Source: an uncultured Pelagibacteraceae bacterium
GTDB lineage: Bacteria > Pseudomonadota > Alphaproteobacteria > Pelagibacterales > Pelagibacteraceae
Assembly: GCA_902547215.1 (NCBI GenBank)
Contig: CACCNI010000002.1
Location: 25,216 to 89,215, forward strand
DNA: 64,000 nt
Direction of reading: 5' to 3'
How positions within the stretch are numbered: position 1 is the first letter of the stretch; each line of letters begins with the position of its first letter. The notes under the pieces were generated by a model, which was not told where the DNA came from, made no database searches, and saw nothing but the letters and a program-made list of their open reading frames with translations. The position numbers and the translations under genes are program-made. Positions 47,108 to 56,685 of the stretch are shown piece after piece.

Positions 47108-47555
47108 TCGTAGCAATATAAAAATTTCAAAAGAAATTGAGTTAAAAAGATTTTCTGAGAAAACTTCTAAATTTGTAAAAAAATTTAATACAATTTTTTT
47201 ATATGGTGAACTTGGAGTTGGGAAAACTACATTTGTTAAATATTTGATCAATAACCTGCAAAAAAAGGAGAAAACCAAGATTTCAGAAATACCAAGCCCA
47301 ACATTCAATTTAGTTTACGAGTACAAAATTAAAAAATTTAGAATTCAGCATTTTGATTTGTATAGGTTAAAGAGTAAAAAAGAATGTCTAAATATTGGTC
47401 TTTTTGAAGATGATAATGTGATTTCAATAATTGAATGGCCAGAAAAAGTACATTTTAAACCTAAAAAAAGGATAGAAATTTATTTTAAGTATTTTGATAA
47501 CTTTAATTCAAGATTATTAAAAATTAAATTTTTTGGAAAAAATGAGGTTAAATAA
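47091..47555 (+). CDS. tsaE: tRNA t6A biosynthesis ATPase TsaE
   Basis: [24 protein letters not shown]. Confidence 0.94.
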   Translation: MLTATNRSNIKISKEIELKRFSEKTSKFVKKFNTIFLYGELGVGKTTFVKYLINNLQKKEKTKISEIPSPTFNLVYEYKIKKFRIQHFDLYRLKSKKECLNIGLFEDDNVISIIEWPEKVHFKPKKRIEIYFKYFDNFNSRLLKIKFFGKNEVK

Positions 47556-48471
47556 GAAAAAAGTAATAAAACTAGAAGGGGATGCTTCAGAAAGAAAATT
47601 CTATAGATCAAAAGATTCTATAATAATTTTTTCAAAAAAAAATAAAAAAAAAGATTTATTAATCTATGATGCAATAAATAGAATACTAAATTCAGGGGGT
47701 ATTTGTGCTCCTAGACTATTAAAAAACAATTACAAAAAAAATTTAATAGAGGTAAATGATTTGGGAGATGTTACCTTGCTCAAACTTCTTAAAAATAGAA
47801 AAAACAAAAAAAAAATTTTTATAAAAGTATTAGATTTATTATTAAAAGTTCAAAAAATAAAAAAATTTTATAATAAAGATTTTACAGGTAGAAAATATAA
47901 GATGGTAAGATATTCAAAAGATAAACTTTTAAAAGAGGCTTATTTGTTTAACGAATGGTATCTTCCTAGAAAACTTGGTAAGAAAAAATTAAATCAATTT
48001 AAAAAAAAATTTAAGAACATTTTTTTAAGATTATCAAAGGCAATTAAATTACCTGATAATGTTTTTGTGCATAGAGACTTCCATGTTTCAAATATAATGC
48101 TTAAACAAAAAAAATTCCATTTAATAGATAGTCAAGACGCAGTTATTGGAAATCCAGCTTATGATCTTGCTTCATTAATTGATGACGTCAGACTTAAAAC
48201 ATCAAATAGTTTAAAAGAAGAAATGTTTAATCATTTTACAAAAAAATACTCAAATAGAGATCTTAAAAAATTTGAAAATGACTTCTTAATTTTATCAGTA
48301 TTAAGAAATTTTAAGATTCTTGGAATTTTTTCAAGACTTGCAAAAAGAGATGATAAAAACAAATATCTTAAATACATCCCTTATACGTGGAGTCTTATTA
48401 AATTAAGAACTAAAAATGGAAAAGTATTTGATGAGTTAAGGTTTATTTTAAATAATAATAAATTTATATAA
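47542..48471 (+). CDS. amgK: Aminoglycoside-phosphotransferase-family kinase, probable anomeric MurNAc/GlcNAc kinase (start ATG 47542 or TTG 47533)
   Basis: GDASERKFYR, HRDFHVSN, DSQDA, YDLASL; located between tsaE and murU. Confidence 0.8.
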   Translation: MRLNKKKVIKLEGDASERKFYRSKDSIIIFSKKNKKKDLLIYDAINRILNSGGICAPRLLKNNYKKNLIEVNDLGDVTLLKLLKNRKNKKKIFIKVLDLLLKVQKIKKFYNKDFTGRKYKMVRYSKDKLLKEAYLFNEWYLPRKLGKKKLNQFKKKFKNIFLRLSKAIKLPDNVFVHRDFHVSNIMLKQKKFHLIDSQDAVIGNPAYDLASLIDDVRLKTSNSLKEEMFNHFTKKYSNRDLKKFENDFLILSVLRNFKILGIFSRLAKRDDKNKYLKYIPYTWSLIKLRTKNGKVFDELRFILNNNKFI

Positions 48472-48482
48472 AATTTAATTGT

Positions 48483-49178
48483 ATGAAAAAAATTGAGGTT
48501 GCAGTGATATTAGGTGCTGGCTTTGGAAAAAGATTAACTCCCATTACAAACGAAATTCCAAAACCTCTTGTTGAAATCGGAAATGAAACTATACTAGAAA
48601 AGACTATTAAACTTGTAAAAAAATTAAATCTCAAAAAAATTCTGATAAACACCCATTACAAACGAGACCAGCTTAAAAATTTTATTGAAAAAAAAAACTT
48701 TGATATTGATATAGAATTATTCGAGGAAGTCCCTGAAATTCTTAATACTGGTGGAGGCATTTTAAATATGATCATGGAAAACAAAAATGAATATTTTTTA
48801 ACTTTAAATCCAGATACTTTATGGAACGAAAATTATATTGATGAAATCTTAGAAATGGAAAATCAGTTTTTTAACTCAAATTCAAAAAATATTTTATTAG
48901 TGGTAAATAAGGATAAAAGCTTCGATCAAAATTTGATAGGAGACTTTAATCTTGAAGCGGACAAGCTTAACAAAACTAAGCCCTTAAATTTTATTTACAC
49001 GGGATGTCAGATACTAGAAAAGAAAATATTTAAAAAATTTAATAATAAATCTTTCCCAATGTCGGAGGTGTGGAATGATTTATTATCAAGAAATGAACTG
49101 ATGGGTTTTGAAAGTAAAGTGAACTTTAAACATGTCACTAATTATGATATTTATAATCAACTTCTAAAAAGCAACTAA
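48483..49178 (+). CDS. murU: Nucleotidyltransferase, probable MurNAc-1-P uridylyltransferase
   Basis: GAGFGKRLTPIT..PKPLV, INTHY, TGGG, YTG; follows amgK. Confidence 0.78.
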   Translation: MKKIEVAVILGAGFGKRLTPITNEIPKPLVEIGNETILEKTIKLVKKLNLKKILINTHYKRDQLKNFIEKKNFDIDIELFEEVPEILNTGGGILNMIMENKNEYFLTLNPDTLWNENYIDEILEMENQFFNSNSKNILLVVNKDKSFDQNLIGDFNLEADKLNKTKPLNFIYTGCQILEKKIFKKFNNKSFPMSEVWNDLLSRNELMGFESKVNFKHVTNYDIYNQLLKSN

Positions 49179-49883
49179 ATTTTTGGCTCTCCCTTGATCA
49201 AGATATGTTACAGATGAAATTTGAAGTTTGTTCTCAAAAATTATTAAAAGAGGATTTCCGGTTGGTATTTCCATTTTAGAAATTTCCCTCTCATTGATTT
49301 TAAAAAGAAACTTGCATAGAGCTCTTAAAGAATTTCCATGGGCCGAGATGCATACACCTTTACCATTTTGAAGATCTTTTAAGATCAATTCATTATAACA
49401 ATCCACTACCCGTTTATGAGTATCTTTTAAAGACTCAGTATCTGGAATATCAGACACTGGAATATCCTTATAAGTTTCTATATTTAGCGGATGGTACGGG
49501 CTTTTCCTATCTAAAGCACCAGGTTTAACATCCCAAGATCTTCTAAATTGATGGATTTTCTCTTCTCCATATTTTTTCTTCATATCTTCTTTATTTAAAC
49601 CTGTAAGCTCTCCATAATGTCTTTCATTTAATTGCCATTTTTTAGTAATTAAGTTTTCATCTTCATTTAATTCTTTCATTACAATTTTAAGAGTGTCATT
49701 TGCCCTTTTTTGGTAGGAGCTATAAAAAGAATCAAGTTTAATTTTTTTCTCTTTTATTAATTCACCAGCTTTTTTAGCCTCAGCTCTACCTTTGTCTGTT
49801 AATCCGACATCGACCCAACCAGTAAATCTTTTTTGTTGGTTCCACTCACTTTGTCCATGCCTTATAAGAATAAGATGTTTCAT
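49164..49883 (-). CDS. gpmA: 2,3-BPG-dependent phosphoglycerate mutase
   Basis: RHGQSEWN, LNERHYG, AHGNSLR, IPTG. Confidence 0.95.
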   Translation of the reverse strand: MKHLILIRHGQSEWNQQKRFTGWVDVGLTDKGRAEAKKAGELIKEKKIKLDSFYSSYQKRANDTLKIVMKELNEDENLITKKWQLNERHYGELTGLNKEDMKKKYGEEKIHQFRRSWDVKPGALDRKSPYHPLNIETYKDIPVSDIPDTESLKDTHKRVVDCYNELILKDLQNGKGVCISAHGNSLRALCKFLFKINEREISKMEIPTGNPLLIIFENKLQISSVTYLDQGRAKNLVAF

Positions 49884-49928
49884 TGAAATATTTGATATAT
49901 TAATTAATAAATAAAATAAATAAAATTA

Positions 49929-50321
49929 ATGAAAATTTTTACAAATAATCTTCAATTAATTTTCAAATTATCCAATATATGTTTAATAATTTTATACCTA
50001 TATCCAGGTAGCATATTAGGTTTCGTTTTATACAATGATTTTAGTAATCAACCTCAAATCACTAGAGATTTTTTTCAAATATCCTCAAATCACATTTACG
50101 CTTTTTCTCTGATTTCAATTCTTGGTCTTTTCGCCTTTAAAATAAAAAAAAGATTATTTGTATATTTGGTTTGTTTATCCATAGTCCTTGAACTTTTCCA
50201 TTTGGTCATACCAAATCGTAGCTTTCAAACAGGTGATCTAAATGGTAACTTACTGGGGGTAATAATACCTTTTTTGATTTACAAAGTTTATGAAATCCTA
50301 TTTAAAACCAAAAAAGATTAA
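49929..50321 (+). CDS. VanZ-like small membrane protein
   Basis: Four hydrophobic segments; NHIYAF and ELFHLVIPNRSF..D...N..G resemble the VanZ signature. Confidence 0.65.
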   Translation: MKIFTNNLQLIFKLSNICLIILYLYPGSILGFVLYNDFSNQPQITRDFFQISSNHIYAFSLISILGLFAFKIKKRLFVYLVCLSIVLELFHLVIPNRSFQTGDLNGNLLGVIIPFLIYKVYEILFKTKKD

Positions 50322-50814
50322 AATTATATATTTAATTTTATTAATAATCTTTTTTTCCAAAACCAATGCTTATTCGGAGGAAATAACAGGATATGCAAAA
50401 GTAATAGATGGTGACACAATTAGAATAAAGGGAAATAAAATTAGACTTTACGGTATCGATGCACCTGAAAACAATCAAATATGCTCTAAGCCTTGGTTGA
50501 GCCTGAACGTAATCACATTTAATAAAGATTATGAGTGTGGACTTAAAACTACTAGTTTATTAAAAAAGTTCATTAAAAAAGAAATAATAGTATGTAAAAA
50601 GAAATCCATGGACAGATATAATAGAGTTGTGGCTATTTGCTTTAAGAAAAAACGGGATATTAATTCTTGGCTTGTTAGGAACGGTTTAGCTGTTGCTTAC
50701 ACTAAATATTCAAAAAAATATATTATAAATGAAAATGATGCAAAAAAAGAAAAAAAAGGTTTATGGGCAGGAAATTTTGAAATGCCTTGGGAATGGAGAA
50801 AAAAACGTAAATAA
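50290..50814 (+). CDS. Thermonuclease (SNase-like), exported or membrane-anchored
   Basis: N-terminal hydrophobic signal, VIDGDTI, RLYGIDAPE, DRYNR, KKGLW. Confidence 0.9.
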   Translation: MKSYLKPKKIKIIYLILLIIFFSKTNAYSEEITGYAKVIDGDTIRIKGNKIRLYGIDAPENNQICSKPWLSLNVITFNKDYECGLKTTSLLKKFIKKEIIVCKKKSMDRYNRVVAICFKKKRDINSWLVRNGLAVAYTKYSKKYIINENDAKKEKKGLWAGNFEMPWEWRKKRK

Positions 50815-50828
50815 ATTATAAATAAAGG

Positions 50829-51428
50829 GTGATTCGTTTTAAATTTTTTTTATCTTTATCAATTTTTTTATTTTTGCTGAGCTGTTCATCTATTCCAAAA
50901 AATACCTCAAGTAGTTGCTCAATATTTTCTGAAAGATACTTTTGGTACAAACATGCAAAAAAGACTGAAGAAAAATGGGGAACACCTGTGCACATACAAC
51001 TTGCATTTATTAAATTTGAGTCAGATTTCCATTGGCTCGCAAAACCTAAACGACAAAAACTTTTTAAAATAATTCCTTTTAAAAGACCCTCAAGTTCATT
51101 TGGATATTCTCAGGCTGTAAAGGGAACATGGAAACAATATAAGGAGGAACAGAATAAACCATTAGCTCTTAGAACAAGATTTAAGGATAGTGTTGATTTT
51201 ATTGGCTGGTATACAAATAAATCATCAAAACTTTTAAAGATCCCTAAAAACGATGCATTCAAACAATACATTGCATATCACGAGGGATGGGGAAATTATA
51301 AAAATTATAAAAAAAATGAAAAGGTAATTTCTTATGCAAAAAAAGTAAAAAAGTATTCAGATCAATACAAAACTCAGCTTATAAAATGTAAAAAAAAGCT
51401 TAACAGGAAAAAATTTATTGTTTATTGA
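50829..51428 (+). CDS. Lipoprotein with a lytic transglycosylase SLT-like domain (GTG start)
   Basis: Lipobox LLSC; KFESDF (catalytic Glu-like), FGYSQ, AYHEG resemble SLT motifs I-III. Confidence 0.7.
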   Translation: MIRFKFFLSLSIFLFLLSCSSIPKNTSSSCSIFSERYFWYKHAKKTEEKWGTPVHIQLAFIKFESDFHWLAKPKRQKLFKIIPFKRPSSSFGYSQAVKGTWKQYKEEQNKPLALRTRFKDSVDFIGWYTNKSSKLLKIPKNDAFKQYIAYHEGWGNYKNYKKNEKVISYAKKVKKYSDQYKTQLIKCKKKLNRKKFIVY

Positions 51429-54400
51429 TTAAGTTCTTTTTCTAACTCTTTTTCAATATGATTTATACTTTTTGTATTCTTTCCTAATAATAAATAAATT
51501 ATTGGAACTACATAAAGTGTAAAAAAGGTCGAAAATATCATTCCAGTAAATATAGTAATACCAACAGATAGTCTACTTGCCTCTCCAGGACCACTACTTA
51601 TCACTAGTGGTAAAACCCCAATAATAGTAGAAATAGACGTCATTAAAATTGGTCTTAATCTTAGCGCAGAAGAATCTAAAATTGCAGTTAACTGATTTTT
51701 CCCCTCATCTCTTAATTGATTTGCAAATTCAACAATCAATATTCCGTTTTTTGTTGCTAATCCAATTAGTATTATTAAAGCTACCTGACTGTAAACATTA
51801 ATTGAGCTACCAACAAGTAATAGACCTATAATTCCACCAAATATTGCTAGCGGGACTGTCAGCATTATTGTGAAAGGATGAACAAAGCTTTCAAACTGAG
51901 CCGCCATCACAAGATATGCTGTAACTAAAGCTAAAAAGAATATTACATAAATCTGAAAACTTATTTCTTTTAGTTGCTCACTTTCCCCTTTGAAATCAAT
52001 TCTGGCATTAGGTGTATTTTCTTGAACAACTTTTTCCAAAAAAGTTAAGGCATTTTGAAGGGTATAATCTCCTACGATATTTGCAGAAATAGTAACTGCT
52101 TTTTGTCTATTGTACCTTGATAGAAATGGAGCAGTTCCTCTTTCATTAATTGTTACTAAATTTGATAAAGCAATTAATTGACCAGAGTTTTTTGATCTAA
52201 CATAAACTTTATTTAAACTTGAGGGCTCATTTCTATTTTTAATATCTCCCTGCAGGATAATTGAATACTCTTTACCATTCTTCGTAAATTTTGTGACACT
52301 TCTCGAGCCAAAGATAGTTTCAATTGTTCGACCTATTTCTGAAGTAGACACTCCAAGATCTGATGCTTTCTTTTGATCGATCTTTACATTTATAATCGGT
52401 TTATTTAATTCAAAATCATCTTCGATATTAGCTAAATTATTATTTTTTCTAGCCTCTTTTTTTATAGTTTCTTTCCATTGAATTAATTCTTCATAGGTAT
52501 TACCTAATATTACAAATTGGACTGGTTTCTCTACACCACCGGTTCTTATTCCCTGGGGCATAACAGGAAATGATAAAACACCTGGAACTTTTGAAATTTC
52601 TCTAAAAGACTCCATCATTATTCTGTTTCCTTTTCTGTCTCTTTTTTTCCAATCCTCCAACAATACAATTATAAAAGCCGAGTTGACTTGTTTGCTACTT
52701 TTTCCGAAACCCGGTACCCTTAAAATTAGTCTTCTATACTCACCTTGCCCCACTTTTGGTAATAACAATTTTTCAATATCCTGAGTTTTTGAGGAGGTAA
52801 ACTCAAACCCTGAGCTTTGAGGTGCTTTTACTATTACAAAGAAAGCACCTCTATCTTCCTTTGGTATAAGTTGTTTTGGAATATAAATAAATAAACCAAT
52901 ACTCAATATTAAAATTGATATCAAAAAAGTGACTATACTTTTTTTCTTTAAAATCCAATATTTTAAAGTGTAAATATAAAACTCCTTAAAATCATTTAAT
53001 CTTTTTTCAAATTTAAGAGTTAATTTATTTCTTTTTGATTTTGTGTCTAAAACTTTGCTAGCGATCATCGGGCTTAAGGATAATGCTACAAAACTTGATA
53101 TTATTACTGCGAAACTTAAAGTTACAGCTGTTTCAGCATACAACACTCCAGCTAAGCCCTCTATAAAAATTAAAGGTATGAATACAGCGACAAGAACTAA
53201 GGTAGTTGCTATAATTGCAAAAGACACTTGTCTCGATCCCTTATATGCAGCAACCAATGAACTCTCACCTTTCTCAACCCTTCGGTATATATTCTCTAAC
53301 ATTACAATTGCATCGTCCACCACGATTCCTATTGCAAGAACTAATGCCATAAGAGTGAAAAGGTTTATTGAAAAATCAAAAAAATAAATTGCTAAAAAAG
53401 TTGATATTAAAGAGACCGGCAAAGCTACAATTGGTACTACTAAAGCTCTGATATTACCCAAAAAAAGATAAATAATGAGTGTGACTAAAATTAGTGCCAC
53501 AAATAATGTTTTGTACACCTCTTTAATTGCATTTGAGACATAATTCGATCTATCAAAAGAAACCTCTAATGTAGATCCATCAGGTATAGAACTTTGTATT
53601 TCTTTAATCTTCTTTTTTACTTTTGTAGCTACCGCAATTGTGTTTGCATCTGAGTTTTGATAAATACCAATACCTACAACTTTTTTTCCATTTCCTTTAA
53701 AAAGTGTTCTTGTAGAGACTGGACCAAATTCTATCCTAGAAACATCTTCCAAAGTTGTTACAGAACCATCAATTGCCCTCTTCAAAGGTAGTTTTTTATA
53801 AGAGTCTAAATTTTCATAAGCGTTTTCAAGTTTAATTGAAAGATCTACATCTTTTGACTCTATTCGACCTGCAGGAAATTCTAAGTTTTCTGAATTTAAA
53901 ACTTGTTCAACATCTTGAGTTGTTAAATTTCTAGCAGCCAGTGAAAGGGGATCTAACCAGACTCTCACAGAGAGCTCCCTTTCACCACCTAATCTCACAC
54001 GTCCTACTCCTTCTACAGTTGAGAAATAATCTACCAAATATCGATCAGCAAAATCAGTGAGTTCTAAATCACTCATAAAATCTGAGCTAAAACTCAACCA
54101 CATAGTAGTTCTAAAGCCCGCAGATTGTTTGAAAATTTCTGGAGCGCTAGCCTCTTTTGGTAAATTATCCACCACTCTTGAGATTGCACTTCTCACATCG
54201 TTAGCAACATCATCAATATCAAGGTTATCTTTGAAGGTCATATCAATTCTCGACCTTTCATCTTCACTCATAGAGTCAATTGAAACGAGACCAGGGGTGC
54301 CTCCAATAAAATCCTCAATCTTTTGTGTTATCTGAGTGTCAATGACCTGAGCTGAAGCCCCTTTGTAATCAGTTTGAACTGATACTACTGGTCGGTCAAT

Positions 54401-54517
54401 ATCTGGTAATTCATTAGTTGGTATTTCAAAAAAAACTAAAATACCAAACATAACCATGACTATACTCATTACCATTGAGACGACCGGTCGTTTGATTGAT
54501 AAGTCTGTTAAGAACAT
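51422..54517 (-). CDS. RND efflux transporter permease (HAE1/AcrB-like)
   Basis: IKRPV, GIVVDDAIVMLEN (proton-relay DD), KNGILIVEFA, RLRPILMT. Confidence 0.95.
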   Translation of the reverse strand: MFLTDLSIKRPVVSMVMSIVMVMFGILVFFEIPTNELPDIDRPVVSVQTDYKGASAQVIDTQITQKIEDFIGGTPGLVSIDSMSEDERSRIDMTFKDNLDIDDVANDVRSAISRVVDNLPKEASAPEIFKQSAGFRTTMWLSFSSDFMSDLELTDFADRYLVDYFSTVEGVGRVRLGGERELSVRVWLDPLSLAARNLTTQDVEQVLNSENLEFPAGRIESKDVDLSIKLENAYENLDSYKKLPLKRAIDGSVTTLEDVSRIEFGPVSTRTLFKGNGKKVVGIGIYQNSDANTIAVATKVKKKIKEIQSSIPDGSTLEVSFDRSNYVSNAIKEVYKTLFVALILVTLIIYLFLGNIRALVVPIVALPVSLISTFLAIYFFDFSINLFTLMALVLAIGIVVDDAIVMLENIYRRVEKGESSLVAAYKGSRQVSFAIIATTLVLVAVFIPLIFIEGLAGVLYAETAVTLSFAVIISSFVALSLSPMIASKVLDTKSKRNKLTLKFEKRLNDFKEFYIYTLKYWILKKKSIVTFLISILILSIGLFIYIPKQLIPKEDRGAFFVIVKAPQSSGFEFTSSKTQDIEKLLLPKVGQGEYRRLILRVPGFGKSSKQVNSAFIIVLLEDWKKRDRKGNRIMMESFREISKVPGVLSFPVMPQGIRTGGVEKPVQFVILGNTYEELIQWKETIKKEARKNNNLANIEDDFELNKPIINVKIDQKKASDLGVSTSEIGRTIETIFGSRSVTKFTKNGKEYSIILQGDIKNRNEPSSLNKVYVRSKNSGQLIALSNLVTINERGTAPFLSRYNRQKAVTISANIVGDYTLQNALTFLEKVVQENTPNARIDFKGESEQLKEISFQIYVIFFLALVTAYLVMAAQFESFVHPFTIMLTVPLAIFGGIIGLLLVGSSINVYSQVALIILIGLATKNGILIVEFANQLRDEGKNQLTAILDSSALRLRPILMTSISTIIGVLPLVISSGPGEASRLSVGITIFTGMIFSTFFTLYVVPIIYLLLGKNTKSINHIEKELEKELNQ

Positions 54518-54520
54518 CTT

Positions 54521-55384
54521 TTAATTAATGATTTTAATTTTAATTTTGTCTCTTACTTTTGAAATTCCTTCTTTTACTATCTTGTCGCCCACAGACAAAC
54601 CATCAAGAATAGAAACTTTTCCATAATTTCTTTTTCCAATTTTTACTTCAATTTTCTCGACAGTATTATCCTCTAAAACTTTATATGCAAAAGCTGTATC
54701 ACCCTGAATCAATAATGAGTTTTCAGGAACTCCTATTTCTTGAGTTTCATTATAAATAATTTGTATATCTAAAAGCATTCCCGGGACCAATTCTAAATCT
54801 TTGTTATCCACTGTGATGCTTGCAAGAACTGACCTTGTACTAGGATCCACACGAGAACTCACAGAGTCTATTTTGCCATAAAATTTTTTATCAAACGCAT
54901 CCGATTTAACTTCAGCGATAAGACCGGGTTTTAAAATTTTAAGATAAATCTCGGGGACTTTAATATTTAGAATAATCGATGAAGTATCATCTAGAGTGAG
55001 AATAAATGACTCTGTTCCTAGAACACCTTGAGCAATTTCTCTTTTTCCCAAAACTCCTTTAAAGGGTGCAATTATAATTTCATTTTTTGTTCTTAATAAA
55101 ACTTCACCTTCATTAAATACTTTTCCAATAAGAATTTTTTCATCAAGTATTTCACTTTTTTTGACTCTAAAGTTTTTATTTTTTTTTGATAAAGCAGTTC
55201 CAAATGTTTCAATATTGTCAAAAAAATTGGATGATTGAACAACTTCCACAATTACTCCTGGTGGTGGATATTTAGAAAATTTCTTCTGAAAATGTTTTCC
55301 AACAAAGTGTCTTGCTAATATCACCGAAGCAATGACAATTGCCAATATTATTAAAAATATGGTAATTTTTTTTGAAGTTTTCAT
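54521..55384 (-). CDS. RND periplasmic adaptor (MFP), short form
   Basis: N-terminal TM anchor, APFKG, VPE, RVDPSTRS, LVPGM, GLSVGDKIV. Confidence 0.88.
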   Translation of the reverse strand: MKTSKKITIFLIILAIVIASVILARHFVGKHFQKKFSKYPPPGVIVEVVQSSNFFDNIETFGTALSKKNKNFRVKKSEILDEKILIGKVFNEGEVLLRTKNEIIIAPFKGVLGKREIAQGVLGTESFILTLDDTSSIILNIKVPEIYLKILKPGLIAEVKSDAFDKKFYGKIDSVSSRVDPSTRSVLASITVDNKDLELVPGMLLDIQIIYNETQEIGVPENSLLIQGDTAFAYKVLEDNTVEKIEVKIGKRNYGKVSILDGLSVGDKIVKEGISKVRDKIKIKIIN

Positions 55385-56205
55385 GCTGGATATTTACCAT
55401 ATTCACTCCAAGAACCATCATAAATTTTTGGAATATAATCGTTATTTACCATTTTATAGGCATAAGCTAGGACTGCGGCGGTAACACCAGATCCACAAGT
55501 AAAAACTGGATCTAATCTTTTTTCTATATTTTCATTTTGATTGAAAAGTTCTTTTAATTCTTCCACATTTTTAAACTCTCCGGTTTTTTGATTTATACAA
55601 AGATTAAAAGGTAAACAAAAAGAATTTTGGATATGTCCACTTCTTAAACCTTTCCTTGGCTCAGATACTTTTCCCTCAAATCTTTCAAGGCTTCTTGCAT
55701 CAATAACATTAAAACTCTTACTTAAAATATTCTTTTTGATTTGATCAAGGCTTACTACTAAATTTTCTTTTTTATTTGCAGCATAATTACTTTCAATAAT
55801 TTCTGTCGTATCTTTGGTTGTAGGTTTATTTTCAAAAATCCATTTTTTTAGTCCACCATTTAAAATATGTATTTTTTTTTCATTATGACCAAAATATAAA
55901 AGACTAAACCAACACCTACATGAACTTTTTAAATCAGAGTTGTCATATATGAGAATATCATCATTATTATTTATTCCTAAGGAGGACATTATTTTTTCCC
56001 AAGTTTTTTGTTTTGGAAGCATATGTGGAAGATCCGTATCTTTCTCAGAATTTTCATCTAAATCAAAAAAAATAGAGTTTGGAATATGACCATTTCGATA
56101 TTCTTCAGCAGGGTTTCTTTTTTGAGCTGGCATATGCCAAGAGGCGTCTATTATTTTTAAACTATTTAAATTATCGAGAACCCAATCTGTCGTGACTAAA
56201 CTCAT
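55381..56205 (-). CDS. sseA: 3-mercaptopyruvate/thiosulfate sulfurtransferase (tandem rhodanese)
   Basis: GHIPNS, LPHMLP, DARS..RF, CGSGVTA active-site loop, YDGSWSE. Confidence 0.92.
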   Translation of the reverse strand: MSLVTTDWVLDNLNSLKIIDASWHMPAQKRNPAEEYRNGHIPNSIFFDLDENSEKDTDLPHMLPKQKTWEKIMSSLGINNNDDILIYDNSDLKSSCRCWFSLLYFGHNEKKIHILNGGLKKWIFENKPTTKDTTEIIESNYAANKKENLVVSLDQIKKNILSKSFNVIDARSLERFEGKVSEPRKGLRSGHIQNSFCLPFNLCINQKTGEFKNVEELKELFNQNENIEKRLDPVFTCGSGVTAAVLAYAYKMVNNDYIPKIYDGSWSEYGKYPA

Positions 56206-56652
56206 CTAAAATTTCTTATCCAAATATTTCTGATGGTATTCCTCAGCTATACAATAATTCTTTAGCAAAGATAATTTAGTTACAATTTTTCCTGAAAAAT
56301 CATTGTTTTTTAATTTTAAGACCTTTTCAGCAATTTCTTTTTGTTTTGTGTTTAAATAAAAAATTTCACTTCTGTACTGGGTTCCAAAATCTGGACCTTG
56401 AGAATTCAAAGTAGTTGGATCATGAATTTTAAAAAAAAAATTTAAAATTTCTTCATAAGTAATAATTTTTGGATCAAAATTTATTTTTACTACTTCAGCA
56501 TGATTTGTTTCACCAGAGCAAACTTCTCTGTAAGTTGTGTTTTCAGTTTTGCCACCACAATAACCTACTTCAGTTTTATAAACTCCATCGAGATCACCAA
56601 ATTTTTTTTCAGGTCCCCAAAAACATCCACAAGCTAAAACTGCTATTTCCAT
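56206..56652 (-). CDS. msrA: Peptide-methionine (S)-S-oxide reductase
   Basis: GCFWG, YREVC, HDPT, GTQYRS, AEEYHQ. Confidence 0.95.
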   Translation of the reverse strand: MEIAVLACGCFWGPEKKFGDLDGVYKTEVGYCGGKTENTTYREVCSGETNHAEVVKINFDPKIITYEEILNFFFKIHDPTTLNSQGPDFGTQYRSEIFYLNTKQKEIAEKVLKLKNNDFSGKIVTKLSLLKNYCIAEEYHQKYLDKKF

Positions 56653-56685
56653 TGATTATTTAAATTATATAACTAAGTTAAACTT

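Noticed and set aside
47521-47555. Frameshifted tsaE-amgK fusion (overlap containing T6 and A6 runs)
   Set aside because: Each ORF is complete with its own start and stop, and short overlaps are routine in this window.
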